From Pelomyxa schiedti (Eukaryota; Protista; Evosea), in assembly GCA_020536535.1 (NCBI GenBank), contig JAHLWZ010000860.1, positions 1-64,000 on the forward strand: a stretch of DNA of 64,000 bases, given 5' to 3'. The translations under genes were made by a program, and so were the position numbers. Below the pieces are notes generated by a model. That model saw only the letters and a list, made by a program, of their open reading frames with translations, was not told the origin of the DNA and did no database searches. This document shows, piece by piece, positions 62,191 through 64,000 of the stretch. Numbering within the stretch: the stretch's first letter is position 1; every line of letters starts with the position of its first letter.

Positions 62191-64000
62191 ATGTCTGACG
62201 CAACATCTACTTCATCTACTTCGGAAGTAGATGCGGATGTGCCGTTAGTTGGTCAAATGGAAGTTATCCCGCAAGCCGAGGGTGCTTGTTTTCCCGCATC
62301 ACGTAGTTGCCATGTTGGTGTCTACACATATGATTTGAATTTTTAATGCCGACTGAATTCATTGGGCATTTGTGTGTTACTAACTCACCTTTTTTCAACA
62401 GGTAGCCGCAGCAAATAGCTCTGGATTGGTTGTTTTTGGAGGCCTTGGTGACACTGGGCTTCATTGTGACACATGGGAGTTCACTTTCGCGTCTATGTCT
62501 TGGAAAAAAGTTGGTTTCTATCTACAGCATACAATTTGTGACACATCCACGTTTTTTTACATACAGACAAGCAAGGCACCAACAAAGAATCATCCTCAGC
62601 CAAGGGGAAGACAACACGCAAGTGTAGTATGTTATATGGGAGAGATTTACATGTTTGGTGGGGACTGTGGAGAGGGTGTCAACAATGAATTATGGCGGTA
62701 CAACACACGTTCAATGTGGAACCTGGTACAGTTCAACAACTCTGCACCACCGCCCACATGGGGGCACTCTGCTGTAGTTTTTCATGTAAGCAAGTTTAAA
62801 ATTTCTTTAATTAATACTGGGGCTGGAAAAACCAGGATAATATGCTTGTGTATGGAGGTAATACCTCTAGTGGCCCGACCTCTGACCTCTATCGCTTTTC
62901 CTTTTCCAAGAGCTGTTGGGAACAGCTCAGTGCATCCAATTCTCCACCTCCACAGATGTTTCACTCATCTGCACTCTTTGGCAATAGGCTGTATGTCTTA
63001 ACTGGTAAGCGGATACAGACATCTCCTTTTTCCTAAAAAGAATCTAAAGCTTCCAAATCAAGTGACGTAGCACCTGCTTTTTATTGTCTTGACCTGGAAA
63101 GCCTAATGTGGAGTCAACTTCAGTCTCCACCAGTTTTGGGATTGCTTCGTGGTACTTCGCTTCTGTGCTTTTCTGCCGTAATCGTACTTTTTGGAGGAAA
63201 GTTAAAAGTACACCTCAAACTTTCTTCAATATGGAGTAACACCTTCCCAGAATGGAATCTCAAATGAACTGTGGTGCTTTCAGATTACAACTGGCCTATG
63301 GAAGAGTGTTACAATGAACAGAGGCTTAGTCCTTCCAAAACTCTATTTTCATTCAGCCATCGAGTGGGGCAACTGCTTATGGATCTTTGGTGGTATTGGC
63401 AACAAAGGAAGTGCATGCGACTTAGTTTGTGTAACCGCTCCACATTCAACTGAAATCTGTAGTCGCTGGTCTGGAGCTCATGACTCATTCTCTGCTGTTC
63501 CTGAGGATGTTATGTTCGAAATATTAGCTTACTTGCAGTAAGTTAGTTGAGTCATGTACTGCTTTGACATGCCCACATAGAGCAAAAGATTTGGGTAGAA
63601 TGTGCGCAGTGTCCCTCAGGATACGAAGATTAGCCTCAGAAAACTCACTTTGGCGTTCCCATGTAGAAGCGCTATTGGTAATTTGAGCAAGTGAAAAAAC
63701 AAAAGTATAACTAAACCTGTAGAAATATCATGCAGGAAAAGCTCTATATCCCACATGCAGTCCCTTGCCAGATGTTTCCACTGATTGGCGGGAATTATAC
63801 TACCACATCATGTTCCGCACTTCTTTCTACTATCATGGGGAATTCCTTCAAAAAGAAAGCTCAATGCAAAATCTGCGGGCGAGACATCTTGTGAGCTATA
63901 ATAAGCATGCCCCACAATTTGAAACCACTATGGTAGTTTTTGGTATGTTTCACAATACAATACTTTCAAACACATCAAGTCAATGACCAAAAACAAAAGG
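62191..64000 (+). CDS. Kelch-repeat + F-box protein, 3' end outside window
   Basis: About 5-6 Kelch blades (VVFGG..TWEF, IYMFGG..LWRY, MLVYGG..LYRF, IVLFGG, LWIFGG), then F-box VPEDVMFEILAYL|..DLGRMCAVS..LW and DWRELY. The last visible exon ends TTMVVFG at a GT donor. Confidence 0.85.

Overview
Compact, intron-rich eukaryotic genomic DNA (protist-like) with short GT-AG introns of about 30-130 nt and about 22 protein-coding genes. Intergenic gaps are mostly under 500 bp. Gene models were spliced by eye, so exon boundaries and some starts are approximate. In order: a divergent Rab-like GTPase; a two-TM coiled-coil protein; an arylsulfatase B-like sulfatase; an MG-start LRR array apparently fused to a PINK1-like kinase; a class II HDAC apparently fused to an ADD-type PHD finger; a Trk/HKT K+ transporter; a Rai1/DXO-like nuclease; a MYND-finger protein; an RCC1-F-box-Arf fusion; an unknown Ser/Pro-rich helical protein; a GNAT; a stefin-type cystatin with a hydrophobic leader; an intronless DHH/PpaC-like phosphoesterase; NAP1; a ~22 kb block with two direct-repeat paralogues of a giant atypical-kinase/LRR/ankyrin protein flanking an intronless ARM-like/Zn-finger gene; a type I surface protein; a bacterial-type hemerythrin; a Pro-rich protein; and a Kelch-F-box protein running off the end. 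I found no rRNA, tRNA, CRISPR array or transposase. An amoebozoan, possibly anaerobic, source is my impression from gene architecture only and is not verified.
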